DNA from: Girardia tigrina
Lineage: Eukaryota
Reading direction: 5' to 3'
Assembly: GCA_001938485.1 (NCBI GenBank)
Contig: MQRK01226361.1
Location: forward strand, 54,712 to 118,711
DNA: 64,000 bases
Shown: one piece after another, positions 1-12,789 of the stretch
How the letters are laid out: every line of letters starts with the position of its first letter
How positions within the stretch are numbered: the first letter of the stretch is position 1
Notes under the pieces: generated by a model
The model's input: the letters and a program-made list of their open reading frames with translations, nothing else
Told to the model about the DNA's origin: nothing
The model's database searches: none
Translations under genes and position numbers: made by a program

Positions 1-1
1 C

Positions 2-370
2 CGCCGCTCTAATATCTCTATAATCAGTCCACTAGCAACTTCAGGTAATCCATCAAGTCATGCGCCGGCTTACCCCGTGGGAACATCTGGGACGCTTACC
101 ACTGTTATCAGGTTTGTTAATTCACCTCATTTATTGCTAATTTGATTTTTGTTTATTCAGGATGTCGCTGCAATCCATTCAGGCCTACCGCGGGGATAAC
201 AAACGGGGGATTCGCTCTGAATCATACTGGTAAGTTAATTAATTAATTAAGAATTTTCTCGTTTTAATTATGTTCTTTTAAGGTTCGCGGCTTCCAAGGT
301 GAGAAAATGGACTCGGGCTCCGTTCGACATGAGATCCCTTGCCTCTGTGGTTCACGGGGTTGATTGTTGA
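2..370 (+). CDS. 3' part of an unidentified spliced ORF (exons <2-111, 161-229, 283-370)
   Basis: GC-rich blocks are separated by AT-rich GT-AG introns of 49 nt (112-160, with GCTAAT branch-like motif) and 53 nt (230-282, GTAAGT donor). The spliced frame is open to TGA at 368-370 and AATAAA follows at ~545. No recognisable domain. Confidence 0.45.
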
Positions 371-1262
371 ATGGGGCCTATTTAAACATATTGGGGAATA
401 GTCGAGTTAGACTATTCCCCTATTCTTTGGTGCTCAATGGAAGTCGTGGATCAGTCGTAACAAACCGTTGGCAACATTTATTTGGTTCCATTGTTAAAAA
501 CCGCTTGATTTGAATTCGCTGCACTTTTAAAATTTCAATACTTTAATAAAATAAAATTTTACTTTTTTTAATTTTATGCTTTGAAATTTTAACACAGTAT
601 TTATGACAGTTTGAATAATAATCAGTCCAAATTTGGTTAAATTTGGTAAAATACTAGTGTGATTTTAAAGGCCACCTGAGGACATTTGGGACAGCCTAAG
701 TATTTATTATTTATTAATGTCAAATTTAATTGAACTATTTAGCATAATTTTCATTTAACATTGAAATCCTATTTTAAAATAAAAATATTTATCTTTAATA
801 ACTTTTGATCTACATTTTAAAATCATAATTATTATATTTTAATTGGAAATTTTTCAAAAATTAAAAAAATATTTAACCTAACATAAACTTTAAATATTAT
901 CAAAATTAAAATTAATTATTATTATAATTCTTAAAATTATTTAAATCTCGATCTTCAGAATGAAAATTAACAAACTTCTTCAAAACTTTAAATAAGAAAC
1001 TTCACTCATTGAACAGTTTTTGTGAACAAGTTTTTTGAAAACTTCGTTCTGTAAGATTTTCTTTATTTAATATTTCCGCTGAAACTTTTGAATGAAAATT
1101 AATGTTACAAATTGTTTTTCATTCTTTTGTATATTGTCATTGTATAATGCTTTTCTGTTTACTACCATTTTTTCTACTTTTTTAATACGCCTACTTAAAA
1201 TATAATTTCGTTTCATCTTGTTCTTTATATTATATCCGTCTACTATTTTTAAATTTAAATTA

Positions 1263-2366
1263 CAGGGTGCGCAAGAAAACCGACCACTTTAAATTTGACA
1301 ATTATTTTGTTTTCCGTTTAACAAAATTTATTCAAAACATAATAATATGAACAAAAACGGTATATACAACTTATTTGTTTTCAAAATGGCCGCCATTGGC
1401 ATCAATACACTTTTGCAATCGCTTCGGCAAGTCATCAATCGCTTTCTGAATCATTTTCAACGGTAATTCATCTCATACCTTCTTCAGACTCTTTCAACAA
1501 CTGTATGGACCGGCACGATTTTGAACACGCTCTTTCCTCCAGCCAACTCTAAATGCTGTAGTCCATCACGTTCAAATCTAGATGACACGGAGGCCATTCA
1601 CCATTGGCTTTTTGTGGTCAAAGGTCAACAGAAATGAAGTCTGAGCAATTTGCTTCGATCAACTCCTGAGTTTCAACAGCCTTGTGGGACGAGGTGTCAT
1701 CTTGCTGGAATATCCAGTGCTCGTCTCCAAACGCCTTTCTTGCCCACGGAAAAACTTTATCTTCATACATTTCTCGATACACTGGACCATCAACTTTGAC
1801 ACCTTCGGCAATGAACACAAGAGGTGTCTTGCCCTTTGACCAATGGATCCCGGTCCAAACCATGATTTTCTTCGGCTTTTGCTGGCGGGAGATGATGCAC
1901 TGCTCCAGTGGGAGGGGCTCAACTGACCAATCGCGATGGTTTGGGAGTTGAAGCTTTGTTCGTCTTTGAACAACTTTTCATTGGTGAAGAGATATTGAGC
2001 GATGTCTTCCGGTCACGAATCTTCTTTTTAACCTTTTGCATCGATTCAGGCTTTTTTGTTTAGCATTTTGGTTCAAAAACTGCCCCTTAGCCATTTTTCT
2101 TGACTTCATTCAACGGTCTTTGTGAAGGATTTTCCGGACTACAACATCTGATATGCCCAATGCCTTGCCAATCTCTCTGTCGAGTTCTTGCGGCTGTTTG
2201 AGTTTCGCTTGATTCTTCTCTTGATGCTACGCACGTTGGCTTTCGTTCTCACCGTTCTGGGTCGACTACTTCCAGGTCTACGCTCATTTATACCAGTTTT
2301 ATTGAATCAAGAAATTATATCATGAACTGTGGTTTTTGTACACCTAGCGATTCAGCAATTTGGCTA
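1263..2366 (-). mobile_element. Decayed maT-like (DD37D-related) Tc1/mariner transposon
   Basis: TA+CAGGGTGCGC terminal repeat at 1261. Minus-strand peptides MVWTGI..GKTPLVFI..GVKVDGPVY, WIFQQD..SHKA and WPPCHLDLNVMDYSI, with stops and frameshifts. Confidence 0.85.
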
Positions 2367-2721
2367 CCGTGTTACCCCGAATAGTTTGCGCGCGCAGACT
2401 AACCAAATTTTTAAAAATAATCAGTTTTCTAAAAGCTTTACAAAATGATTCGAATAATTTGCGCAGACATGTTATTTTGATTTTGAAAAACAAAATAAAA
2501 CGGTTTGTAAAATGTTTTTAGGGTGGAATCAACCGTAAAAGATATTATTAAAAAAATATTTGATTAATTTTGTTTTCAATTTTTTTTCAATTTATTTTCT
2601 ATATGAGAAGATTAAAAATCACTTTCAATTTTTTCAATTTTATTTTCTATATGAAAAAATTAAAAATTTATGTAAAATTAGTTAAATAATTTGCGCGCGC
2701 AAACTACTTAGAGTAACACAG
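2367..2721. mobile_element. MITE with ~30-bp TIRs inserted at the 5' part of the maT-like element
   Basis: CCGTGTTACCCCGAATAGTTTGCGCGCGCA and TGCGCGCGCAAACTACTTAGAGTAACACAG are imperfect inverted ends. TA on the left; AT-rich non-coding interior with a ~45-bp direct duplication. Confidence 0.7.
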
Positions 2722-3164
2722 AAGACTGTGGTTACAGAAGCGCGAAGGAATATTAAGAGCTCAAATGATTTGTATTGCTGGGTCCATTTTGTTATAAAAT
2801 CATTTAGACAGATCATTGTAATCAGAATCAAAAACTGAACTGTAATCAGAATCAAATAAATTCAACTGTCCTTTCCTCAAATCGCAATCAGATTAAATTC
2901 AAAATTCATAATAAAAAAATGTCTCCCCACAATTTAATTAAATCAACTTATTTTCAGCAAACAAAATAAAATTGTGGTTATCAGCAAAATATCATTCAAA
3001 TTGTTTTCAACTAAAAATCATCCATTGATCATTGTAAAAGAGCTAATTGAAACGTATGCTTCGATTAACTCTTATCAAAATATTTATATAAATAGAAATA
3101 AAAAAAATTAATTTTCATTAAACTTTATTAAATAATAAAAGCATGCTTAAATCCAAGTCGTATA

Positions 3165-3509
3165 TAAGATTTTTAATACCACAGTAATTGACGAAGACGT
3201 AACGTACCAAATCGATGATTTTATTATTCCTTGACAACACAACTTGGGTTATTCATTGTCTCGTTTCTTCTAATATTTATTTTGGTAATTGAAAGATGAC
3301 GGATTATCCTTGAACATTCTATATTTGATCATTACAATTTTAATATTCGGCAAATTGATAAGATATTGTCCGGCAATATGATACGATTCGACGATTAGAT
3401 AACTGAGTCTCGATTCGATAATACTTAGCTCAACTAAGTTGATAAATAATAGAACGGTCCAAACAACACCACTAATGATAGGATCAAAATTCAGTGCAGG
3501 ACAGTTAAC
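3165..3509 (-). pseudogene. Possible leucine-rich-repeat coding fragment
   Basis: 79 stop-free codons (VNCPALNFDP...NLVELSIIESRLSYL...LINLPNIKIVMIK), then ITQVVLSRNNKIIDL after a stop. Weak LxxLxL-type periodicity. Confidence 0.25.
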
Positions 3510-3577
3510 TTTAAATTATCAAATTTTTATTCATCGATTTTTATAATCGATATATTTTTTATTAAATTTATATATAT

Positions 3578-3869
3578 ATTTCATTTTTTTTCTGTTTTTC
3601 AACTTATTTATTTGACAAACTCATTTATGGCCAGAATTATGTTTTTAATATCCAAAGTTTTTGTTTAATAAATTGGGAATTATATGACACAGTACCACGA
3701 AAACTATTTTAAATTAATTATAAATAAAACAATTATAACTTTCTATTCTTCGTTCATTGAGATCTAGCATTAATATTTTAATGCACTTTAAAGTCTTCTT
3801 TCTTTGTTTACTAATTTGCCGAGTGATATCGTGTCAGGATTATTCGATGTCATTAAATGTGTGCTGATT

Positions 3870-3912
<43 letters not shown>

Positions 3913-4435
3913 ATATAATAATTGACTGGGTCACTACAAACATCAACAAGACAAAACATTTATTGCCATGAGCAAAACTTCGTTGAACTCAATTTTCATC
4001 AGCAAAAATTCGTTCCTTTTAGTTACAGTGTTATCACATAAAATAACCAAACAAAATTCCTTGCCTCAGGCTCGTTTTGATTGGATATCCAATCAGAACG
4101 AGCCATTTCATTTTTCAACCAATTCTCTGAGGCTCGATATTCAAAATCAGCACACATTTAATGGCCTCGAATAATCCTGACACGATATCACTCGGCAAAT
4201 TAGTAAACAAAGAAAGAAGACTTTAAAGTGCATTAAAATATTAATGCTAGATCTCAATGAACGAAGAATAGAAAGTTAAAATTGTTTTATTTATAATTAA
4301 TTTAAAATAGTTTTCGTGGTACTGTGTCATATAATTCCCAATTTATTAAACAAAAACTTTGGATATTAAAAACATAATTCTGGCCATAAATGAGTTTGTC
4401 AAATAAATAAGTTGAAAAACAGAAAAAAATGAAAT
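3578..4435. repeat. ~300-bp near-perfect inverted duplication (arms 3578-3877 and 4137-4435)
   Basis: Arms are reverse complements with only a few differences. The left arm is bounded by TA repeats on both sides. Confidence 0.9.
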
Positions 4436-5019
4436 TATTTCTTTTAATGAAAGCCTTTACAAGTTAAATACGGAATAATCGACGAATAAGATTTAATTGT
4501 TCCAACAAAAGTATAAACATTTGTCCAGTGCCCTTCTCGCTCTTCCAAATGGTAATCCCCTATGCGACCATCTCATTTTCAAAACATTTCCTTATCAAAA
4601 CTACAAAAGAAATTAACCCCATATTTATATTCTGTTTTTTTAACAGTATGAAAGTTTGGTATAAAAATAAGAATTTCAGACAAATTTAATACATTTAATA
4701 CAAAGATTTTTAAATTATAATATTTTATTTTTGATTAATCTGTTTTAGTAAATTGGCAGAGTCTTGAATAGAGAATCATTTATTCTTTTTTACTCTTTTT
4801 AGTTGAATCTAGATCATTTTTGTTAGTATCAAAATTAAAAGGAGTTTCAGTCTAAAAAAATTAATATTTCAGAATTAAAGGAATAATATTTGAACGTACT
4901 CTGACTAATCCGTGCTTGTTGTCTATTGAATGAGAAACAATACGCAATGGCATTTTCTGAAACATGAATATTTAGTGGCAAATAATAAATTGTAACAAAT
5001 AAATAAATGTTTCATTCAA

Positions 5020-5900
5020 CAAACAGAGGGGCCTTAAAGTTTCTATACATTTTTGTATTCCAGATACCCGAAAATGCGTATCAATGAAGGTTAGCTAATC
5101 AGAATCATGATGATGAACCAGAGAACAAACACAGTTGGTATTCAATTTAACTGAAAAATACAGAGAGAATATCACACGACACTTTCGTACAACTTAATAC
5201 AAGTTTGAGAAAAACTGGCAGTATTAGAGATGACCGAAGATAAGGTCTATGCTGTACAGTACCGAAGAAGGCCCCCAAAAAGTATATGAAGGTTGGTTAT
5301 AGAAAGCTGTTTTTATAGATTTTTAATGCAAAAAATCTATACTAATTGCATTTTTCAGATATTAAAAAGAAAGACTCTTGATGAGAATTAAGTAAATTGA
5401 TCGGTGATGCTAACATTTCCGATAGGATCTTGTTTGCTCGCGAAGGGAATTTTTAAATAACTATGACAAGTTAATCGGTAGAACATACATTATTCGAGTA
5501 AACCATAACACTAAAAGTCCAAGAGAGATGCAGGATGTCCGTAAATTCCATGTGAGGTCTACGAAAGGAGATGACTTTTTTCGACTGAAATCTAATGATT
5601 GAAAAGTATTTTAACATGTTGCATGATAAGATTTATCAATTTCTACTAAATAAGTATGGTGACTTCTCAGTTTACTTCCACAAACTAGAGGTGAATTTTA
5701 TTACGATATTAATGTATACCAACGATTAGATCAACGGTTTTGGATGTTTCGGTTAATCTGGATGGTCTTGTGGAATAGTTTTCCAGATTTTTATCTTTTG
5801 ATTTTCGTTTTATCTTTGGGAGATTTTGAAGGTCAAAAATAAATTAGGAAAGGAAACAAACATAAATGATTTTAAAGGGCGATCTCAATCATGCTAATAG
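5020..5900 (+). mobile_element. Highly degenerate Tc1/mariner (Tc3/rosa-like) remnant
   Basis: CAGAGGGGCC..AAAGTTT TIR-like start; peptide relics KFEKTGSIRDD and FYLWEILKVK. Confidence 0.5.
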
Positions 5901-7284
5901 GGGTTCATCAGCAGTGATATACACTAAACTAAAGCAAGCATTTACCTAAAAAAAAAGGGATTTTTATAAAAAATGATTATTTTTCGATGTCACTAACTTA
6001 TTACTCCTCTGGAGTATAATAATGACATAGAACATAGATAGAGCACCCCGTTTTGGTAACGTCCAAATTTTTCAAATCCTATAAGTTAAAATGCAACATA
6101 CGAGATAATTTGATAAGTAGAAAATTTCAATGTTAAACATTGTCGATCTAACCTTTAATAAACTAAATATCTTAAACGTTATAAACGCCAACCAGGCGTT
6201 TATGTCACACAATTTTTTCAATCTCCCTTCCCCTTCAATCTAAAATTTCTCAAGATTTACCATCGTCAAGTTCATCTCAGACATTATCGAGTCCATTCCT
6301 GAATTCATTCAGTAATATATGTACAAAACTATTTGAAGGGCTCTCATATTCATATTAAGCATTTATTTCAATGATAAGTTCCTTTTCACTCATATTTTTC
6401 TTCGCGAAGTACTTGATGAACCTTCTGAGTTCAATTTCACGAGACATTGTTTTTAAAATTCCGCAAACATTAAATTTAACAATTTTGATAAGGTGAACCA
6501 TTATCGATTTTTTATTATCAGCAACAAAAGTACACGTATACAAAATTTCGTAGTTGCATTATTTTCTTATCTATCTGAAACCTTGAGGGTTTTGATCGTA
6601 CCAAGTATTTTTTGCGAATAATTTTAAATGAAGGATAAATAAATTACGGACTATCAATAAGAACAAAAAATTAAGTCAATGAAATAAGTAAATTAAATGA
6701 GTTAGAATTCAAAATGATGAAAGCAAAGAAATGTAATTATATTTTCTTTTATATAATTTTAATTTAAATCAATAAATCATGGTCAGTGGTTTAAGTATCC
6801 CCTTGGTCTCAGATGCATATCCAGAAGGTCTTCAAATGTAAATATTACTAATTGAACACATTAATTAATATTAATTAAATATTAATTAAAAAATTGTCTA
6901 TTTTTTCAACTACTTGGATGAGCTGCCTGACTCTTAATCGACGTACGACTTGATTCAGTACACTATAATAATTTTATACTTCGGACATCGAATGAATTTC
7001 ATATGCTTTTAGTTATATCTTCATAAATAATCATATTAAAAATACTTTATAATTGAAAATAAATTTACTTTACCGTTAATATTTTACAATTATGTGTTAA
7101 TATTCAAATAGAAACTATGTTTACTTGCATACGCTATAAATAAAGAATCAAAATAGTTTTAAGATCAACTATTTAACTAGTCTTAAATAAATGTACAAAC
7201 AAACAATCTACAATACCTTAATCATACATGTTATTTATAAGATTGTTAAAAGATTTTTAATGAGCTCTTTTTTTTATATGTATA

Positions 7285-8700
7285 TTAGGGTGGGTCGAAT
7301 GTTAATAAATTTTGAGTTCAAGAAAGGAAACATGGTTAAAAGTTGTATTTTGGTATAGAAACATCGAATCAAACCATTTTACTTAGATTTATGGACATTT
7401 ACTGCTCCCAACTTTTCTCCGAAAATGCAGTTCAACATAAGTGTGAAATCAATGTAATTTGGCTAGAGTCGGAATGTGTTTTGCGCCTTTGTCCATATTT
7501 AGATGTAGCTTTCTTAAGAGCTTATAAGTATATTATTTACTCTCTTGGGCTGAGATAGTATATTCTGTGTCCTCATCCCGCATTGAAATATATCCTGACA
7601 ACGTCAGTGATTAGGAAGGGCCAAATTTGAATTATCCTTTTCAAAGACAAAAGTTAACTTTCGAAATTATTTTTTATTAAAAACACCCAACCAAAAGTTT
7701 AAAAATGTATTAGCGAGGGCATAAAAAGAAGTCACATGAAATCAGCTTTGCTTTGCACCTTGGGCAATTCCTTCCTTGATTTTTTACACAGTAGTACCAT
7801 ACCATGTCTGGACTTTTGACCAAACACTTTTCAACTGGCAGAAAAAACATCTTTGATGGCTTGAGAATGACAGGGAAATTGTTCTAATGTAATTTTATTA
7901 TTCATCTTCAATTCATGATCCAATATATGAGATAAAAGAGGGGAAGGCGTCAAATTACATTTTGTCCAGTCAATCATGTCAACATATGATGTAGCAGACG
8001 ACTGAAGAAAGACAGTNNNNNNNNNNNNNNNNNNNNNNNNNNNNNNNNNNNNNNNNNNNNNNNNNNNNNNNNNNNNNNNNNNNNNNNNNNNNNNNNNNNN
8101 NNNNNNNNNNNNNNNNNNNNNNNNNNNNNNNNNNNNNNNNNNNNNNNNNNNNNNNNNNNNNAGGAAAGATGATTTCTTGGTCTGATGGATCCAAATCCTG
8201 CAGAAGTTGGAGCATATAAAAAATATTTCTTGCACCATCTTGGCATGACGAGTGAGTCTTTATATAAAACCATGACGGTATATAGAAATTGACAATAAAT
8301 TTCACTATTCGCATGAGAGGTTCAGATGGAGCAGTTTCGGACATATATAGTCGCAGAATTCTATTAGCTTTCGTTAGCCAGCGAATGTGATTCAAATTTC
8401 CTGGTTGTGCCATTTGTAGAAAAGGGACATCCTTGTTGTTGTGGTACCCTTTCTGGACTGCCAAGCATACTCTGAGGAAATACAATTGATCAGTGTTCAA
8501 TTCTTTNNNNNNNNNNNNNCTAATATCTACGACCTTTCCAGGAAGGGACATAAAGGCTACTACGGGCTTGTCTTTTGGATCAAAATCAAGAACGCTTCCT
8601 ATTTCACCACATGACGTTTTTGGACCTTTTGTTTCTCCAATATACATTGTATATTACACTATTATCAACTGGATGATAACGGAATTTTAGGAACTGAAGG
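7285..8700 (-). mobile_element. hAT-superfamily (hATm-like) transposon, 3' part
   Basis: TTAGGGTGGG terminus. ORFs 7979-8647 and 7831-8238 give LNTDQLY..PGNLNHIRWLTKANRILRLY..FIVNFYIPSWFYIK..MIDW..PCHSQAI, characteristic of this group. Interrupted by N gaps. Confidence 0.75.
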
Positions 8701-9049
8701 AATTTTCCAGAGCGTTCATGCAATGAATCTTTCAAGTTGTTTAACTTGTAATATTTGCAATATTGTAGCAAAGACATTTGTATGACTTTGCAACGTTTTT
8801 CATTTTAAGATGTTTACTGAAGAGAATATCTATTACCATAGAAATTCGAAATTTCAAATTCCGGTTACCAGTAACCCTGTTGACAGTCAACGTGTTAATG
8901 TACAAGATGGTTAAGAAATCCAAACGACATTAATCCGCTAGGTAGTTCCCTTGATGTTGTTTAAAAAAATGATAATTAACCTTTCATCAGTGAATTATGT
9001 TAGTTACTCAGTGTTCAATCTACTGTCTTTACAAATCTAATTCTACTAT

Positions 9050-9440
9050 GATACTCTTCAAATCTACTTGTGAGGAATATTTTAAATTGTTTGGATGTGT
9101 AAATGTAGTGATGTTGTATGTTGATTTAAGTATGTTGAATTTAGAATGGTGATTCTCCCACCCAGATGGAAATTAGTATTTTTTTTATTTAAATTTAAAG
9201 TGATTGACTATTCGAACATAATTAAAATAATAATTTTATAAGTTCATATTTTTAATTTAGCAATTAAAATTAAGTTTAATATTTTTAGTAAAATTTAAAT
9301 TAAATGCATTTTTAATAATTTGATGACATTATTATTTTGGGATTTATTGAGAAATGGTAAAATTTATTATTTTTAATTAATATTTTTTAGAAGTTAAATA
9401 TTTAAAAAAAATGACTTAAAAAATTGTTCGAATAATCATG
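9050..9440 (-). repeat. Dispersed repeat, related copies at ~19310-19640 (+) and ~43155-43225 (+)
   Basis: Shared CATCTGGRTGGGAGA...AATATTCCTCACA.GTAG core, and internal TATTCGAACA/TGTTCGAATA inverted motifs in two of the copies. Confidence 0.55.
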
Positions 9441-12400
9441 ATTAAAATATAAATAAGAAAACCAATTAGAATGATGACAAACGATGAATGACTTTCTGAG
9501 AGTCATAATGACTCTAAATGTGATTGCAATAAAGATTTAAACGAGACTTGTTTAAATGTTCTTAATACTATTGATGAAGAAAAGACTATTCTAATTTATA
9601 AGTAAAATATGATAAACATTATCTTTTAATTCGATAATGTCTTATATTTAGAAGGTGCAAAACATTTGTGCGAGAATTTATAGTTCGGAAAGAACCACCA
9701 GTTTTGATAATTTTTATAATTTGAATGGAAATACTCAAAAACCTAAAAAATATCAAGCATCAATCAAATAAATTTCACATTAAAAAACCAAACGAGTTCC
9801 CCCCCACCCCCAAAAAAATAAAATAATTTCATTTAGGTCTTAACTATATGTTCAAAGATTCTGCAAAATTAAAATATAACTTTCTTTCCTTCTGAAAAGG
9901 GACAAATATTTTACCATCCAAAAAATTAAATTTATAAAAATTAAAAATTATAAATAGCAAGCATGTCGAATGTTTCTCATAAAAGCAAAAATAATAAATA
10001 ATAAAAAATTAACTTAGAAACTTACTGGTTTGGTATTGTCTACACTGGGAGATGTCATCTAAAAGTATATGGACAATAAAATTTTCCAAATTTCACAAAC
10101 AATAAAATAAATAAATACATTGCTTTTAAATGGAAACGACGTTTACTGTTACGAAATTCGGTAATAGCACCTCAAAATTGTTATACACAATTGTTGAAAA
10201 TTAAACCTATACAAGAGAAAATAATGAAGACAACGCGTTTCAAGAAATTATTAGTCTCAAAATTAGATCATTGTAATCTAACATTGAACTTTACTCAAAT
10301 CAAAATACATTTAACAAGAAAATAATTGGAGAAAATGAATTTGTAGTTTAATTTTAAATTAAATGAAAACTCATAGTAATCGATTCCATTCTCCTCAATC
10401 AACCATTGAAAGATCTATAAATTACCAAGCTGAGAAAACAGTTGGTTTTCTTTATAATTCCGTACTTAACAAGCAGAGTTGGAGATAGATACATTGTAAT
10501 GGAGACAGTTTATAATTGCAATATTCGCTGCCTGACCACTTTTCAATATTTGAGACGAAACTATTAATTCTCAACATAAGACATTCAATTACAGTTTTAA
10601 TCTTAAATTCTAAACTCTAATCTTAGAAAATGCAATTTAATTGGAGAGACTAACCAATTAACATTCGTGTTTTCATTAATTTGTTAGTAAACGATGGGTT
10701 TTCTCTTTCGTTCCGTACTTTACAAGATAACGGTAACATAATATATAATGGAAAAACTTTCACTAACATTACTGTGGTGATTCGAAGTGGCGATGATAAA
10801 AAATTAAATTAAAAATTTATGATTAAAATTAAATCTGTTGTTTTAATGAACAACTAAATAATGACGAACTTTGAAAAACAAGAATCGATGTTGATGTTAT
10901 TTTTTATTAATAAATGTTAATTGGTGCTCCATCGCCTTTTCTCTTTTTTTCGCACGACTGACGAATTAATTATAATTTAATTTTAAATAACTAATATATT
11001 TTAAAAAATTTATTTTTATTTTGTCGATAACAAATGAAATTTTAAAAATAATTAAAAAGATATTAAATATTTTGTTTTAAATTTGTTACATAAAATATTA
11101 TAAATAAAAATAAAATATTTATATCAACAGCTAAAGATGATTTGAAAAACATTTACTTTCTCTTTAATTCATGCATATACACATTAATTGACACCATCAC
11201 ACTTTCCTCTTCTTCATATATAATGTTTTAAATCCGAAACAAATAACTGTAATATCAAATAACAAATCATTTACAACTCGGATATTGGAATGAGAGAAAG
11301 TGCATGCAACATTTTTGTGCAAATGACAAATTTTTTATTTATTTCGTAAGGACTTTTTAAACCAAATTCACTAATTTTTCTTAAAAATGACTGTAATAAA
11401 TGAAAAAGCAACTCGATACACTTCCAATTGGAAAGGAAATTTCGAATGACTTCATGGCTGCTATCTCAAAATCAATAAGTATTCTGATGGAAGCACGTGG
11501 AATTAAAAGTTTGAAAGCCTCTAACTTTTTCATATAGCATTTTTGACTTTGTACGGGTCACAAAATAAAATAATTAAAAAATAAAGAATTTTATGAAATT
11601 TTTATGATGAACTGTCGTATGATGAGTTGGAAGTGATGAAATATCATANNNNNNNNNNNNNNNNNNNNNNNNNNNNNNNNNNNNNNNNNNNNNNNNNNNN
11701 NNNNNNNNNNNNNNNNNNNNNNNNNNNNNNNNNNNNNNNNNNNNNNNNNNNNNNNNNNNNNNNNNNNNNNNNNNNNNNNNNNNNNNNNNNNNNNNNNNNN
11801 NNNNNNNNNNNNNNNNNNNNNNNNNNNNNNNNNNNNNNNNNNNNNNNNNNNNNNNNNNNNNNNNNNNNNNNNNNNNNNNNNNNNNNNNNNNNNNNNNNNN
11901 NNNNNNNNNNNNNNNNNNNNNNNNNNNNNNNNNNNNNNNNNNNNNNNNNNNNNNNNNNNNNNNNNNNNNNNNNNNNNNNNNNNNNNNNNNNNNNNNNNNN
12001 NNNNNNNNNNNNNNNNNNNNNNNNNNNNNNNNNNNNNNNNNNNNNNNNNNNNNNNNNNNNNNNNNNNNNNNNNNNNNNNNNNNNNNNNNNNNNNNNNNNN
12101 NNNNNNNNNNNNNNNNNNNNNNNNNNNNNNNNNNNNNNNNNNNNNNNNNNNNNNNNNNNNNNNNNNNNNNNNNNNNNNNNNNNNNNNNNNNNNNNNNNNN
12201 NNNNNNNNNNNNNNNNNNNNNNNNNNNNNNNNNNNNNNNNNNNNNNNNNNNNNNNNNNNNNNNNNNNNNNNNNNNNNNNNNNNNNNNNNNNNNNNNNNNN
12301 NNNNNNNNNNNNNNNNNNNNNNNNNNNNNNNNNNNNNNNNNNNNNNNNNNNNNNNNNNNNNNNNNNNNNNNNNNNNNNNNNNNNNNNNNNNNNNNNNNNN

Positions 12401-12641
12401 NNNNNNNNNNNNNNNNNNNNNNNNNNNNNNNNNNNNNNNNNNNNNNNNNNNNNNNNNNNNNNNNNNNNNNNNNNNNNNNNNNNNNNNNNNNNNNNNNNNN
12501 NNNNNNNNNNNNNNNNNNNNNNNNNNNNNNNNNNNNNNNNNNNNNNNNNNNNNNNNNNNNNNNNNNNNNNNNNNNNNNNNNNNNNNNNNNNNNNNNNNNN
12601 NNNNNNNNNNNNNNNNNNTGTACCTGCTTGGTACATTTTGT

Positions 12642-12682
12642 GACCTGATGATGGGATTTTTATTATCTCGAAACGCGTCGTC
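12642..12682 (+). ncRNA. Minimal type I hammerhead ribozyme (Penelope pLTR/retrozyme-type)
   Basis: GAC-CTGATGA-T-GGGAT(loop)ATCTC-GAAA-CGCG-TC-GTC. Both catalytic boxes, a 5-bp helix II, palindromic ACGCGT helix III, a GUC cleavage triplet and a 3-bp GAC/GTC helix I. Confidence 0.75.
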
Positions 12683-12789
12683 TTATTTTTATCCCTATTA
12701 TATAGATTTTACCTTATATTGTATATATATATATATACGACCTTAGAGAAGAATCCTCTAATCAGGTAGGTTAGCCATCCTGAACTTTT

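Noticed and set aside
9470-9700. Exon-intron-exon-like pattern on the plus strand
   Set aside because: Stops in all frames and no recognisable product.
11627-12643. Long ORFs on both strands
   Set aside because: They consist almost entirely of N gap; the same applies to 23399-23777 and 40669-40908.
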